Assembly (NCBI GenBank): GCA_045639825.1
Contig: JAZUDV010000046.1
Span: 29,231-93,230 of the forward strand
Origin: Anaerovoracaceae bacterium
Lineage (GTDB): Bacteria; Bacillota; Clostridia; Peptostreptococcales; Anaerovoracaceae
DNA length: 64,000 bases
Direction: 5' to 3'
Both the position numbers and the translations under genes were made by a program. A model generated the notes under the pieces. It had not been told where the DNA came from. It worked only from the letters and a program-made list of their open reading frames with translations, and made no database searches. Within the stretch, counting starts at the first letter, position 1. Each line of letters opens with the position of its first letter. Shown piece after piece: positions 26,665 to 37,289 of this stretch.

Positions 26665-26787
26665 AATTGAGCCTCCCATGTATATATAAAACTTGTCGTT
26701 CTAATCATATTGATGTCGATAAATAGCACCGATATTTTTGACGTTTTATTGTATCATCTTTTCATTATGTATGCAAGAAAAGTAAGA

Positions 26788-28515
26788 CTACTTTAGTATA
26801 TCCTTCATAATGCCAAGCATAGCTGAACATCTCTCCTGTGCATCGTCGGCGGTTGAGCCCTTAGCAAGAATATAACACTTAACTCTTGGCTCAGTTCCCG
26901 AAGGTCTTACGATGCAAGTACATCCGTCTTCAAGAGTATATGCAAGAACGTTACTCTTGGTAAATCCCGGAATATCATCCAGATAGTCCACAGTATTTAC
27001 AACTGCTGAGTTGATTGATTTGAGAGGGTTAGCTCTTAATTCAACCATAACATTGGACATCTTCTCCTGAGCATCATATCCCTCAAACCAGAGTGACTCT
27101 GTCTTCTCTAGGAAATAACCATATTTCTTATAGAGGTCCTGCAATCCTTCGTACACAGTCATACCCTTGGACTTGTAGTAACATCCTACTTCAGCCATCA
27201 GCATTGCAGCAACAACTGCGTCCTTATCTCTTGCATATGTTCCCGCCAGGAATCCGATAGCCTCTTCAAACCCGAAGAGGAATGTATAATTATTATTCTC
27301 TTCGAACTCCTTAATCTTCTCTCCAATGAACTTGAATCCTGTGAGCACCTGGAAGCACTTAATGTCATGTGCTTCGCAAATAGCATCAGCCATTGTTGTT
27401 GAAACGATGGATCTGCATACTGCAGAATTATCAGCAAGTATGCCCTGCTCCTTCTTTACATTGATAAGGTAATCGAGCATAAGACAAGCTTCCTGATTTC
27501 CGGAGAGAACAACGTAATTATCATCTCCATTGCCACCATCGCTACACTTTTTTACTACAGCACCGCATCTGTCTGAATCAGGGTCTGTACCGATAACAAT
27601 ATCAGCGCCGTTCTTCTTAGCGTATTCGATTGCCAATGCAAAGCCCTCTGTATTCTCAGGGTTAGGTGACTTTACTGTTGGGAAGTTGCCGTCCGGAATC
27701 ATCTGTTCTTCAACAGGAATGATGTCAGCAATACCGATTCTTCTTAGCACTTCAGGAACCAGCTTGTATCCTGCGCCGTGGAATGGTGAGTAAACAATCT
27801 TGATATCCTTGGCTGCAGCATCGATATATTTCTTGCCTACAGACTGTTCCTGCACCTTGGCAAGATATTTCTCATCGATATCAGCGCCTATCATCTGAAT
27901 AAGCCCTGTCGCCTTGGCCTCTTCCAATGGCATAGTCTTAACATCTTCAAAAATGTCGATATTCTTAATCTCATCGGCTACCTGGTCAGCCTTGTCAGGT
28001 GCCATCTGTGCGCCATCTGCCCAGTAAACCTTGTATCCGTTGTACTCCTTGGCATTGTGGCTGGCCGTAATATTAATACCGGCAATCGAACCTGTCTCTC
28101 TAACTGCAAATGACAGTTCAGGAGTAGGTCTCATCTCATCAAACAGATATGATTTGATACCGTTAGCAGCGAGCACCTGTGCAGCCTCGCTGGCAAAAAG
28201 AGGACTGTTGTTACGGCAATCGTATGCTATAGCAACCCCATGTCCTTCAGTAGAGCTGCCGCCCTCCTGTCCTCCATTACGAATAATTACATTAGCCATT
28301 GCCTGTGTTGCGTGGCGAACTGTGTAGATGTTCATATTATTCAGGCCGGCCTTCATAATGCCTCTTAATCCTGCAGTTCCGAAGGTCAGCAGTTGTCCAA
28401 ATCTACCCTTCAGTTCTTCATCATCGTCCGCAATTGCCGCAAGGTTCTTCTTGCAAACATCGTCAACAACCGGAGAATTCATCCAATACTCATACTCTTC
28501 CTTGTAGCTTCTCAT
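26788..28515 (-). CDS. phosphoglucomutase / phosphomannomutase (alpha-D-phosphohexomutase)
   Basis: 575 aa with the phosphoserine loop TASHNAKEYNGYK and metal loop GTDPDSDR. Confidence 0.92.
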   Translation of the reverse strand: MRSYKEEYEYWMNSPVVDDVCKKNLAAIADDDEELKGRFGQLLTFGTAGLRGIMKAGLNNMNIYTVRHATQAMANVIIRNGGQEGGSSTEGHGVAIAYDCRNNSPLFASEAAQVLAANGIKSYLFDEMRPTPELSFAVRETGSIAGINITASHNAKEYNGYKVYWADGAQMAPDKADQVADEIKNIDIFEDVKTMPLEEAKATGLIQMIGADIDEKYLAKVQEQSVGKKYIDAAAKDIKIVYSPFHGAGYKLVPEVLRRIGIADIIPVEEQMIPDGNFPTVKSPNPENTEGFALAIEYAKKNGADIVIGTDPDSDRCGAVVKKCSDGGNGDDNYVVLSGNQEACLMLDYLINVKKEQGILADNSAVCRSIVSTTMADAICEAHDIKCFQVLTGFKFIGEKIKEFEENNNYTFLFGFEEAIGFLAGTYARDKDAVVAAMLMAEVGCYYKSKGMTVYEGLQDLYKKYGYFLEKTESLWFEGYDAQEKMSNVMVELRANPLKSINSAVVNTVDYLDDIPGFTKSNVLAYTLEDGCTCIVRPSGTEPRVKCYILAKGSTADDAQERCSAMLGIMKDILK

Positions 28516-28516
28516 T

Positions 28517-30382
28517 TTAGCTTACCTCCTCAAACTGCGAGTTATACAGGTCTGCATAGAATCCGCCCTTGGCGAGCAGTTCTTCATGTGTACCCTGTTC
28601 CACAATGTCGCCATGATCCATTACCAGGATCAGGACAGCGTTTCTGATAGTTGATAATCTATGTGCAATAATAAAGCTTGTTCTTCCCTGTGTCAGGTTA
28701 TCCATAGCTTTCTGAATTTCTTCTTCAGTTCTAGTATCTACTGACGATGTTGCCTCGTCAAGTATCAAGAGCTTCTTATCTGCAAGAATAGCCCTTGCTA
28801 TTGTCATGAGCTGTCTCTGGCCTTCAGAAATATTGGTTGCATCTTCGTTCAGTACTGTCTTATATCCACCGGACAGAGTCCTGATGAAGTGATGCGCCTT
28901 GGCTGCCTTTGCTGCTTCGATGATTTCTTCATTAGTAGCACCGGCCCTACCAAATCTCAGGTTGGAATGGATAGTACCCTTGAACAGCCAAGTATCCTGA
29001 AGAACCATCGCATAGTTCTCACGATACTCCTTACGCTTGTACTCACGAATATCGTGGCCATCGACTTTAATCGATCCGCCGCTTACATCGTAGAATCTCA
29101 TCAGCAACTTAACCATAGTTGTCTTGCCGGCACCGGTTGGACCAACAATGGCAATCTTCTGTCCCGGCTTAACCTTAGCACTGAAATCGTGAATTACAAG
29201 CTGCTCAGGATTATAACCGAATGAAACATGGTCAAATTCAACTTCGCCGGTCAGGTCATCCGCATCAAGAGCATTTGTTTCATCAACAGATTCTTCCTCT
29301 TCATTCAGGAATTCGAATACTCTCTCGGCAGCCGCAGCCATTGACTGGAGCTGATTCATTATCTGAGCAACTTCCTGAACAGGCTGACCCAGATTCTTTA
29401 CATACTGAATGAATGCCTGAATATCTCCTACACCTATGCTACCTGCGGCACAGAGAATTCCTCCCGCAACTGCTACCGCTACATATCCGAGGTTGGTTAC
29501 AACCCTTAGGAGCGGTCTCATCAATCCGGACAGGAATTGTGATTTCCAAGCGGATTCATACAATTTCTCATTAGCTTTGTTGAATTCTTCAGTGATGGCA
29601 TCCTCTCTATTGAACGCTTTAATAACCAAATGTCCTGAGAAGTTCTCTTCAACCTGGCTGTCTATTACTCCAAGATATTCCTGCTGAGTCTGGAAATGCT
29701 TCTGAGATATCTTGATAAGCCCTGCCATAAGAACAGCCGACAGCGGCACAACCATAACAGCAATTATCGTCATCGTTGCATTCATGTACAGCATTACAGC
29801 TATAATGCCTACAACACTGATAATGGACCAGATTAGATTGGAAATACTCTGGTTCATTGACATACCGATAGTATCGATATCGTTGGTTATTCTTGAAAGG
29901 ATCTCTCCTGTCGGAATCTTCTCAAAGTATGCAATAGGCATGCGATTAATCTTGGCTGCAACATCCCTTCTCATCTTGTAAACGACCTTCTGTGTAATAT
30001 TAGTCATTATCCAAGCCTGGAGGAACTGGAAGAGCGCACCAATAATGTAGAGTCCTAATGTAATCACTAAGATCTTGCCGATTGCACCAAAGTCCAAGCC
30101 ACCGGTTCCGTGTATCTTGGCCATAACGCCCTGGGCTATCAGGGTTGTTCCCTTACCCATTACCATAGGTCCCAGAGTTTCAAAAACAGTTGCGAGCGCA
30201 GCAACAAAGACAACGCCAACGATGGCTATCTTGTATCCTCCAAGATAAGCCAAGGTGTCCTTGATAGCTTTGCCGAAGTTCTTAGCCTTCTCGCCCGGTG
30301 CCATAGCTGCACTCGGGCCATGCTTTCTGGCATGCTTCTTGCGTCCGTATTCGTCTGTAGTTTTGTCTTTATTGTCTGCCAT
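28517..30382 (-). CDS. ABC exporter, fused permease/ATPase (half-transporter B)
   Basis: 621 aa. Walker A GPTGAGKTT, signature ISEGQRQL, Walker B LILDEATS. Confidence 0.9.
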   Translation of the reverse strand: MADNKDKTTDEYGRKKHARKHGPSAAMAPGEKAKNFGKAIKDTLAYLGGYKIAIVGVVFVAALATVFETLGPMVMGKGTTLIAQGVMAKIHGTGGLDFGAIGKILVITLGLYIIGALFQFLQAWIMTNITQKVVYKMRRDVAAKINRMPIAYFEKIPTGEILSRITNDIDTIGMSMNQSISNLIWSIISVVGIIAVMLYMNATMTIIAVMVVPLSAVLMAGLIKISQKHFQTQQEYLGVIDSQVEENFSGHLVIKAFNREDAITEEFNKANEKLYESAWKSQFLSGLMRPLLRVVTNLGYVAVAVAGGILCAAGSIGVGDIQAFIQYVKNLGQPVQEVAQIMNQLQSMAAAAERVFEFLNEEEESVDETNALDADDLTGEVEFDHVSFGYNPEQLVIHDFSAKVKPGQKIAIVGPTGAGKTTMVKLLMRFYDVSGGSIKVDGHDIREYKRKEYRENYAMVLQDTWLFKGTIHSNLRFGRAGATNEEIIEAAKAAKAHHFIRTLSGGYKTVLNEDATNISEGQRQLMTIARAILADKKLLILDEATSSVDTRTEEEIQKAMDNLTQGRTSFIIAHRLSTIRNAVLILVMDHGDIVEQGTHEELLAKGGFYADLYNSQFEEVS

Positions 30383-30421
30383 ACTTATTATCCTAAAGTT
30401 ATGTCATACATATTCGACCGC

Positions 30422-32536
30422 CTATTGAATAGATGCGGCAAGTTCTTTCTCGGATAGCTGGGATTCAGCTATTTCTCTATATATGCTGCAGTCCTTCATG
30501 AGTTCCTTGTGAGTTCCCTTTCCCACAATGCAGCCATCTTCCAGAACAATGATCTGCTCTGCGTTAAGTATTGTTCCAACTCTCTGGGCAACAATTATCT
30601 TAGCTGATGCAGCAAGTTCTTCGGCAAGTGCCTTGCGCAGCTTGGCATCAGTCTTCATATCCAAGGCTGAGAAAGAGTCGTCAAAGATAAGAACAGGTGG
30701 TTTCTTAATAAGTGCTCTGGCGATCGACAGTCTCTGTTTCTGTCCGCCGGATACATTGCTGCCGCCCTGTGCAATAAAGCTCTCATATCCCTCATCTTTA
30801 TCAGTGATAAATTCAGTAGCCTGAGCAACAGTTGCTGCCTTGACCATGTCCTCCTGATCAGAATCCGGTCTACCAAATTTGATATTGCTCTCTATAGTTC
30901 CGCTGAACAGGATTCCCTTCTGTGGAATGAATCCGATCTTGTCTCTCAGGGAGTGGATGTCTACATCCCTGACATCGAGGCCGTCTATCGTAATGCTTCC
31001 CTCGGTGACATCATAGAATCTTGGGATAAGATTAATTACTGTTGATTTACCGCATCCTGTCGATCCGATAATAGCTGTAGTCTCGCCCGGGCGAGCCTCG
31101 AAGTCTATATCTGTAAGAACATTTTCCTCTGCATCAGGATACATGAATGAAACGTGATTGAACTTAATCACTCCCTTGGTATCATCCGGAAGAGTAATCG
31201 CCTTCTCGCTATTCTTGATACTTGTCTCGGTTTCAATTACTTCATAAACTCTGTCCGCTGCAACGCCGGCTCTTGGAATAAAGATGAACATACTTGAGAT
31301 CATCAGGAATGAGAAAACAATCTCCATTGAGTACGAGATAAATGCTGTCATCGCACCAACCTGAATAACTCCCATATCGATTCTGTGTGCAGCCGTCCAT
31401 GTGATCCATATAGTCAGTCCATACATTACTATCATCATGAATGGTGACATAAGAGTCATTGTACGGTTAACAAAGAGCTGATTTCTGTATACATCACCGT
31501 TAGCCTTGTCAAATCTCTGTTCTTCTGTCTTCTCTCGGCCAAATGCTCTTATTACCTGTATGCCGGTCAGCATCTCACGTGATACTGCATTTAGTCCATC
31601 GATAAGTGTCTGCATGATTTTGAACTTAGGCATAGCAACCGCCAGCAGTATTCCCATCAGTGCCAGAATAGCCAGCACGCCAACCACTATCACATAGTTC
31701 ATCTGCGCGTGTGCCTGGTAAACTCTTATGATAGCCCATGTGCATACGCATGGTGCATATATCATCATACGCAGCATCATAGTACAGGTATTCTGCACCT
31801 GCTGTATATCGTTAGTCGCTCTTGTTATTAATGATGATGTCTGGAATTGTTCTATCTCAGCACTTGAAAAGCCGATAACGTTCTGGAACAGTTTTGATCT
31901 GAGGTTCTTACCGATACCTGCGCCAACTCTGGCCGCCAGGAAAGAAATACAAGCTATAAGCGCGAGTGAAGCAAGTGCCATCAGGAGCATTATGCCTCCG
32001 CATCTCCACATGTAATCATGCTGTAATTTCTCTACATCAACGCCCGCCTCTTCATCACACTGAACGGCATATGCAATTCCCATTCCGAGCAGTGTGTCAT
32101 TATTTCCAAGTGCTGAGGCTGATTCGATACTTGTCTTGATATCCGCAATCTCATCAGCCTTCATAGTGGCTTCATTCTTACCGACATATCTCTTAAGAAC
32201 AGCGCTAAGATATTTGGTGTCCAGAGCATCCATCTGTTCTCTATCCGCAGCGATCTCATTGTCAAGTGAATAAACAGCCTCTCCTGACTCAATATAAAGT
32301 CCGGTCAGTTCGGCAGCCTGTTCCTTGCTCATATTAGTTTTGAGCTCGTCAAGTTCGCCTGCTGTAATTGACACAGGAAGAATATGCTCAACACCATGAT
32401 TCTGGATGCCTACGTCAATAAGATTCTGAGTGTACTGTGGAAGATTTAAGTCACAGAAAGCCTGTCCTATTGTAAGCAATAGGATAATAACCGCAATTTT
32501 CTTATAAGGTTTCAGGTTTCTTATCAGGTTCTTCAT
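30422..32536 (-). CDS. ABC exporter, fused permease/ATPase (half-transporter A) with an enlarged first external loop
   Basis: 704 aa. Walker A GSTGCGKST, signature VSGGQKQR, Walker B LIFDDSFS. Paired with the downstream half-transporter. Confidence 0.9.
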   Translation of the reverse strand: MKNLIRNLKPYKKIAVIILLLTIGQAFCDLNLPQYTQNLIDVGIQNHGVEHILPVSITAGELDELKTNMSKEQAAELTGLYIESGEAVYSLDNEIAADREQMDALDTKYLSAVLKRYVGKNEATMKADEIADIKTSIESASALGNNDTLLGMGIAYAVQCDEEAGVDVEKLQHDYMWRCGGIMLLMALASLALIACISFLAARVGAGIGKNLRSKLFQNVIGFSSAEIEQFQTSSLITRATNDIQQVQNTCTMMLRMMIYAPCVCTWAIIRVYQAHAQMNYVIVVGVLAILALMGILLAVAMPKFKIMQTLIDGLNAVSREMLTGIQVIRAFGREKTEEQRFDKANGDVYRNQLFVNRTMTLMSPFMMIVMYGLTIWITWTAAHRIDMGVIQVGAMTAFISYSMEIVFSFLMISSMFIFIPRAGVAADRVYEVIETETSIKNSEKAITLPDDTKGVIKFNHVSFMYPDAEENVLTDIDFEARPGETTAIIGSTGCGKSTVINLIPRFYDVTEGSITIDGLDVRDVDIHSLRDKIGFIPQKGILFSGTIESNIKFGRPDSDQEDMVKAATVAQATEFITDKDEGYESFIAQGGSNVSGGQKQRLSIARALIKKPPVLIFDDSFSALDMKTDAKLRKALAEELAASAKIIVAQRVGTILNAEQIIVLEDGCIVGKGTHKELMKDCSIYREIAESQLSEKELAASIQ

Positions 32537-32538
32537 TA

Positions 32539-33123
32539 TTACTCAGAATATAATTTAGTTCTTGTTGCGTCGTGTCTTCCTGCTGTTTCAAGTGCAGCGG
32601 CAATCTCTTCAAGATTGTTACATACGAAGACCTTGTCCCAGTCTTCCTTCTTGTACAATTCTTCGCCGACCATCACTTCAATCATTTTGACCAGATTGTC
32701 ATAATAGCCGTCGACATTATAGAGAATAATTGGTCTGTCGATATCTCCGAAGAGTCCAAGCCTCTTGAGAGCCATACATTCAGATATTTCATCGATTGTT
32801 CCCATACCGCCTGGTAGAGCAATATACGCCTCTCCGTATTCAATCATTCTTGAACGTCTTGCCGACATGTTAGGAACAACCTCTAGAGTTGTACATTCTT
32901 CCAGTATCTCTTCTGCAGTAATAAAGAAGCCGGGTGTGATTCCGATTACTTCACCACCATTGTCAAGAACTGATCTGGCCACTTCTCCCATAAGGCCCAC
33001 ACTACCACCGCCATAAACGAGTCCATGGCCGTTCTTGGCCAGCCATACTCCCAGCTCATTTGCCGCTGTTCTAAAGTGAGGATTCTTGCCATAATGGGCG
33101 CCCATATATACTGCTACTCTCAT
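32539..33123 (-). CDS. LOG family protein (TIGR00730, cytokinin riboside 5'-monophosphate phosphoribohydrolase-like)
   Basis: 194 aa with GGGSVGLMG and PGGMGTIDE motifs. Confidence 0.88.
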   Translation of the reverse strand: MRVAVYMGAHYGKNPHFRTAANELGVWLAKNGHGLVYGGGSVGLMGEVARSVLDNGGEVIGITPGFFITAEEILEECTTLEVVPNMSARRSRMIEYGEAYIALPGGMGTIDEISECMALKRLGLFGDIDRPIILYNVDGYYDNLVKMIEVMVGEELYKKEDWDKVFVCNNLEEIAAALETAGRHDATRTKLYSE

Positions 33124-33145
33124 ATCAAAGCCTCTTTAAGACACG

Positions 33146-33168
33146 AAAAGGTGGCAAGGTATGCCACC
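33146..33168 (-). terminator. intrinsic terminator after the STAS gene
   Basis: Minus strand reads GGTGGCA-tacct-TGCCACC followed by TTTT. Confidence 0.7.
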
Positions 33169-33199
33169 CTTACTTGTTATTAATAAATAAGCAATAGAA

Positions 33200-33496
33200 T
33201 TACTCGATTGTAAGAATATCAACGAATCCTGTAATCTCGAAGACTTCCATAACCTCATCATTAACGCCTACGAGCTTCATTGATCCCTGCTTGCTCATTG
33301 TCTTCTGTGCAGCAAGAACAACTCTCAGTCCTGCAGATGAGATGTACTCCAGTTTGTTGAAATCGAGAACCAGCTCAGTAACACCATCAAGTGAGCTCTT
33401 AAGCTCAGCTTCAAGGTTAGGTGCTGTACTTGTATCCAGTCTTCCTTCCAGTGCGATTGTCAGTTTGTTTCCATCAAGGTTCTTAATGATTTCCAT
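33200..33496 (-). CDS. STAS-domain anti-sigma-factor antagonist (SpoIIAA/RsbV-like)
   Basis: 98 aa. The phosphorylatable-serine context DFNKLEYISSAGLRVV is present. GGAGG 6 nt upstream. Confidence 0.88.
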   Translation of the reverse strand: MEIIKNLDGNKLTIALEGRLDTSTAPNLEAELKSSLDGVTELVLDFNKLEYISSAGLRVVLAAQKTMSKQGSMKLVGVNDEVMEVFEITGFVDILTIE

Positions 33497-33553
33497 TTAT
33501 TGCCTCCTGAATAATAATACTCATAAACTATTTAAATTATACTATATTGCTGT

Positions 33554-36037
33554 TTATACATCAAGCGCAATGTCCAGTATGTTCATGCCTTGATTTCTTG
33601 TATATTTAATGTCCTCAGCCATCTGCTTAACCATAAAGATTCCCAGTCCGCCGATTTTTCTCTCTTCCGCTGAAAGAGTGATGTCCGGATCTTCCTTAGC
33701 AAGCGGATCGTATGCAATTCCATTATCCTGGAATGACATGATTATCTTACCAAGACCGTATTCAGCGGTAACGACAGCCATCGTTGCACCGCTGTAGTTA
33801 ACGATGTTGGAGTATATCTCATCTACCATTACCATAATCTTGGTAGCTGCCTTCATCGGGATATCATGGTCTTCAACGAATCTGTCGAAGAAGGCTGTTA
33901 CTTCTTCAACCGACTCCCGTTGTGCGCTAAGAATAATCTTTCCCGCCCTGTCCTCGTCGGTCTTCCTCTTAATACCCAGCATTGTGATATCGTCGAATTG
34001 AGGAGCTTCACCTACAAAGGCATCGACCTTTTCCTTAACCAGCTTGCAAGTATATCTCATGTTCATATTGCCGGAATCCTTAATTGCCTCTATGAGTCTG
34101 TCCTCACCGAAGAGTTCATTGTCCAGATTCGTAGCCTCAGTAACTCCGTCAGTGTACAACATGATTGACTGACCTTCTGCAAGATCAAGTTCGAAATCCT
34201 GATACTGAATACCTTCCATTCCCGCAAGAACGAAACCCGGCTTGCTCCTAAGGTATTCAAGTGTTCCATCTTCATTCTTAACAACCGGAGGATTATGTCC
34301 TGCGTTAGCATATACGACATGTCCGGTGTTAAGATCCATAATTCCCAGCCATGCAGTGACAAACATCTCCGCACTGTTATCAGCACATAATCTCTCGTTG
34401 GCTCTGGTGAAGGCAACGCCAGGAGACGCTCCTGTCTCTACCATGCTCTTAATAACACTCTTGGCGCTCATCATAAACATTGCTGCCGGAATTCCCTTGC
34501 CGGATACATCTGCAACCAGGAATGCAATTTTGTCTTCGCCTCCGACATGATAGAAATCGTAAAAGTCTCCGCCTACATCCTTAGCCGCCAGCATATTAGC
34601 ATATAGCTCATATCTGTTGTCCTCCGGGAAAACAGTCGGCAGAGCAGATCTCTGGATGTTCTTGGCTACCTTGAGTTCTTCATCAACCTTAGCTGCAGCC
34701 TGAGCGATATAATCCTTAAGCGTATCTACTGTTTCGTTGATATCGTCTGACAGACTGGCAAACTCACTACTTGCTCTTACCCTAACAACGGTCTCAAGGT
34801 TGCCGTTGGAAATTTTTGCAAGGTCCTCGTTAATCTTATCAAGATTTCTAACGATAATAATCTTGATAAGAATATATATCATCATGAATACTACTGCGAG
34901 TATTACTACTTCAAGCAGAGCTGTAAGCAGAGTTGTCAAGCTCATACTAAAATCGGCCTCAGCGCATGGATACATTGCAACAACGAAATAATCACCAAAT
35001 CGGAAATACCCACAGTAGTAGCTGTAACCATCATAGGTCAACTTATGACATTGCTTGCTGCCGGAGTCATTCATAGTTCCTATAACGTCTGAGCAATCTC
35101 TCTCTTCTTCGAGCAATGCACCCTTAGTAAATGTAACTGCATATCCTTCCTTGTTGAGCAAAACAAGATAGCCCGTAGCACCGATATGCCAGTTGTACAA
35201 ATCTTCTGCCATGAACTCTTCAAATTCCTCATTGCTCTTAATATCTGCCTGTCTGATGTCTTTCATTACATCATCAAGTGTCATGTTAATGGAATCACTC
35301 GCTGACTTAACGGCAATTGTATTCTGAATTGAATACTCCATTACATTAGTAACGAAGAATGCCAGAACAACGGCTATCAGCAGGCCAACCTCAATGTGCT
35401 GGGTTATTCTTTTCTCTTCGTCTCTCGGATGGAGATTTTCTTTATATATCAGAGTGATTACAAATCCCGGAACCGCTACGGCAATCGCAACCAGCGGAAT
35501 CATAACCGGAGCACAGAGCGTTGTAACTGCATGAGCCTTAACAGGCTCCCCGGCATTGGTGTAGTAAACAAGCAGCATATGTACTACTTCAGTTACCAGT
35601 CCAATCATACCGCCATATATGAATCCGGGCTTACGATCTTCGAGTATATATTTCTTAACGAAGGCACCGAATAAACCTGCAAAGATAGTTCCGAGTGTAC
35701 ATGCAAGTCTGGTATATGTTCCGGCACCCCAATATACAGCAAACCATCTCTCAATGCCGCCAATCAGGCCGGCTATGATTCCGGCAGGCGCACCGAAGAA
35801 CAGGCCTGCACTAAGTGGTGCAGCATCTCTGATGTTCATTACGGCACCTTCAATACTAACGCCGTATTCAGTTCCCACAACAGCAAGCGCACCAAAAATC
35901 AAGCCATAGATTATCTGTCTTAGCCAGTACTTCTTCTCTTTGTTTTCATATTTAAACCTATCCAGTGCGTATAACGATACCGTAACTATTGAGAACAGAA
36001 TCGCTGCCAGAAATAATTTATCTACTCCTTCGGGCAT
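33554..36037 (-). CDS. membrane sensor fused to a PP2C/SpoIIE phosphatase and a C-terminal RsbW/SpoIIAB-like HATPase kinase domain
   Basis: Start moved to MPEGVDK (ATG 36037, GGAGG 5 nt upstream). N-terminal multi-TM domain (LytS 5TM-like), a second TM with a HAMP-like linker, a PP2C block (GGDFYDF...FLVADVSGKG...NAGHNPP...LYTDGVTE), then HATPase text (GGLGIFMVKQMAEDIKY). Confidence 0.82.
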   Translation of the reverse strand: MPEGVDKLFLAAILFSIVTVSLYALDRFKYENKEKKYWLRQIIYGLIFGALAVVGTEYGVSIEGAVMNIRDAAPLSAGLFFGAPAGIIAGLIGGIERWFAVYWGAGTYTRLACTLGTIFAGLFGAFVKKYILEDRKPGFIYGGMIGLVTEVVHMLLVYYTNAGEPVKAHAVTTLCAPVMIPLVAIAVAVPGFVITLIYKENLHPRDEEKRITQHIEVGLLIAVVLAFFVTNVMEYSIQNTIAVKSASDSINMTLDDVMKDIRQADIKSNEEFEEFMAEDLYNWHIGATGYLVLLNKEGYAVTFTKGALLEEERDCSDVIGTMNDSGSKQCHKLTYDGYSYYCGYFRFGDYFVVAMYPCAEADFSMSLTTLLTALLEVVILAVVFMMIYILIKIIIVRNLDKINEDLAKISNGNLETVVRVRASSEFASLSDDINETVDTLKDYIAQAAAKVDEELKVAKNIQRSALPTVFPEDNRYELYANMLAAKDVGGDFYDFYHVGGEDKIAFLVADVSGKGIPAAMFMMSAKSVIKSMVETGASPGVAFTRANERLCADNSAEMFVTAWLGIMDLNTGHVVYANAGHNPPVVKNEDGTLEYLRSKPGFVLAGMEGIQYQDFELDLAEGQSIMLYTDGVTEATNLDNELFGEDRLIEAIKDSGNMNMRYTCKLVKEKVDAFVGEAPQFDDITMLGIKRKTDEDRAGKIILSAQRESVEEVTAFFDRFVEDHDIPMKAATKIMVMVDEIYSNIVNYSGATMAVVTAEYGLGKIIMSFQDNGIAYDPLAKEDPDITLSAEERKIGGLGIFMVKQMAEDIKYTRNQGMNILDIALDV

Positions 36038-36125
36038 GACTTCCTCCATATAATTTACGCCAAATATACAGATACTTAAATTATACGCTCAAACGCTTTG
36101 ATTTTCCAGCAAAAACGGTTACAAT

Positions 36126-37259
36126 GTGGTTATGGATAAGATATCAACAGTGAATAATAAAAAAGTAATCATAGGCATGAGCGGTGGTGTTGATTCCAGC
36201 GTCGCAGCATATCTGCTTAAGGAACAAGGCTATTCAGTAGTCGGACTTACTATGCGCCTATGCGAGGGCTTCACTCATAGCGAGGATACGCATAGTGTTC
36301 TTCTTGCCAAATCAGTAACCGAAAAGATTGGAGTAGATTTCATCACGATTGATTATCAGGATGAATTCCGCGACATGGTTATTAACCAGTTCATAGAATC
36401 CTATGAGCAAGGCATGACTCCAAATCCCTGCATTGAATGCAACAGATGCATCAAATTCGATATGCTGATGAACGACAGTGATGAAGGCTTTGAAGACAAG
36501 CCTGATCACGCTCCATTTGTAGCGACAGGTCACTATGTCAGACTTGAAGGACCTGATGTTCAGGTTAATCTTGCCGGTTCAGATGGCAGATACAAGCTCC
36601 GCAAAGCAGTTGATCTTGACAAGGATCAGTCGTATTTCCTATACACTCTTGGTCAGGACACTTTAGCACGTGTCATCTTCCCTCTCGGAGAGCTGGACAA
36701 ATCCCAAGTAAGAGAAATCGCCGAAAAAAACGGGCTCAAGACGGCTCACAGAAAAGAAAGTCAGGATATCTGTTTCGTGCCTGATGGCGACTATGCTTCA
36801 TTCATAACAGGCCTCACAGGAAAAGATTACCCTGCCGGCAATTTCGTGGATAAGGATGGCAACATTCTTGGACAACACGAAGGAATCATCAAATATACGC
36901 TGGGTCAGAGAAAAGGACTTGGCCTCGCGCTCAAGAAACCGATGTATGTTTACAAGTTGGACATTGAGAAGAACGAAGTCGTTCTCGCTGATGACGAAGA
37001 TCTCTTCAGCACCGAGCTAACCGCCAATCGCGTTAACTGGGTTTCAATTGCTCCACCACACGAATCATTCCGTGCGCTCGGCCGCATTCGCTACAGACAC
37101 AAAGAAGCGCCTTGCACCGTAACACCTAATACAGACGGAACTATCAGTGTTGTATTCGACGAACCGCAACGCGCAATCACAGCCGGCCAATCGCTGGTAC
37201 TCTACGACATCGATACAGATCAATACGTACTAGGTGGAGGAATTATAATAACTAAATAA
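36126..37259 (+). CDS. mnmA: tRNA 2-thiouridine(34) synthase
   Basis: PP-loop IGMSGGVDSS and catalytic-Cys context NPCIECN. The start is GTG 36126 or ATG 36132; neither has a strong SD. Confidence 0.92.
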   Translation: MVMDKISTVNNKKVIIGMSGGVDSSVAAYLLKEQGYSVVGLTMRLCEGFTHSEDTHSVLLAKSVTEKIGVDFITIDYQDEFRDMVINQFIESYEQGMTPNPCIECNRCIKFDMLMNDSDEGFEDKPDHAPFVATGHYVRLEGPDVQVNLAGSDGRYKLRKAVDLDKDQSYFLYTLGQDTLARVIFPLGELDKSQVREIAEKNGLKTAHRKESQDICFVPDGDYASFITGLTGKDYPAGNFVDKDGNILGQHEGIIKYTLGQRKGLGLALKKPMYVYKLDIEKNEVVLADDEDLFSTELTANRVNWVSIAPPHESFRALGRIRYRHKEAPCTVTPNTDGTISVVFDEPQRAITAGQSLVLYDIDTDQYVLGGGIIITK

Positions 37260-37282
37260 AAAGACTCCGGAGAGTCTTTTTT
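37258..37282. terminator. bidirectional terminator between mnmA and the ABC-2 permease gene
   Basis: AAAAAGACTC-cgga-GAGTCTTTTTT. Confidence 0.75.
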
Positions 37283-37289
37283 ATTTAGT

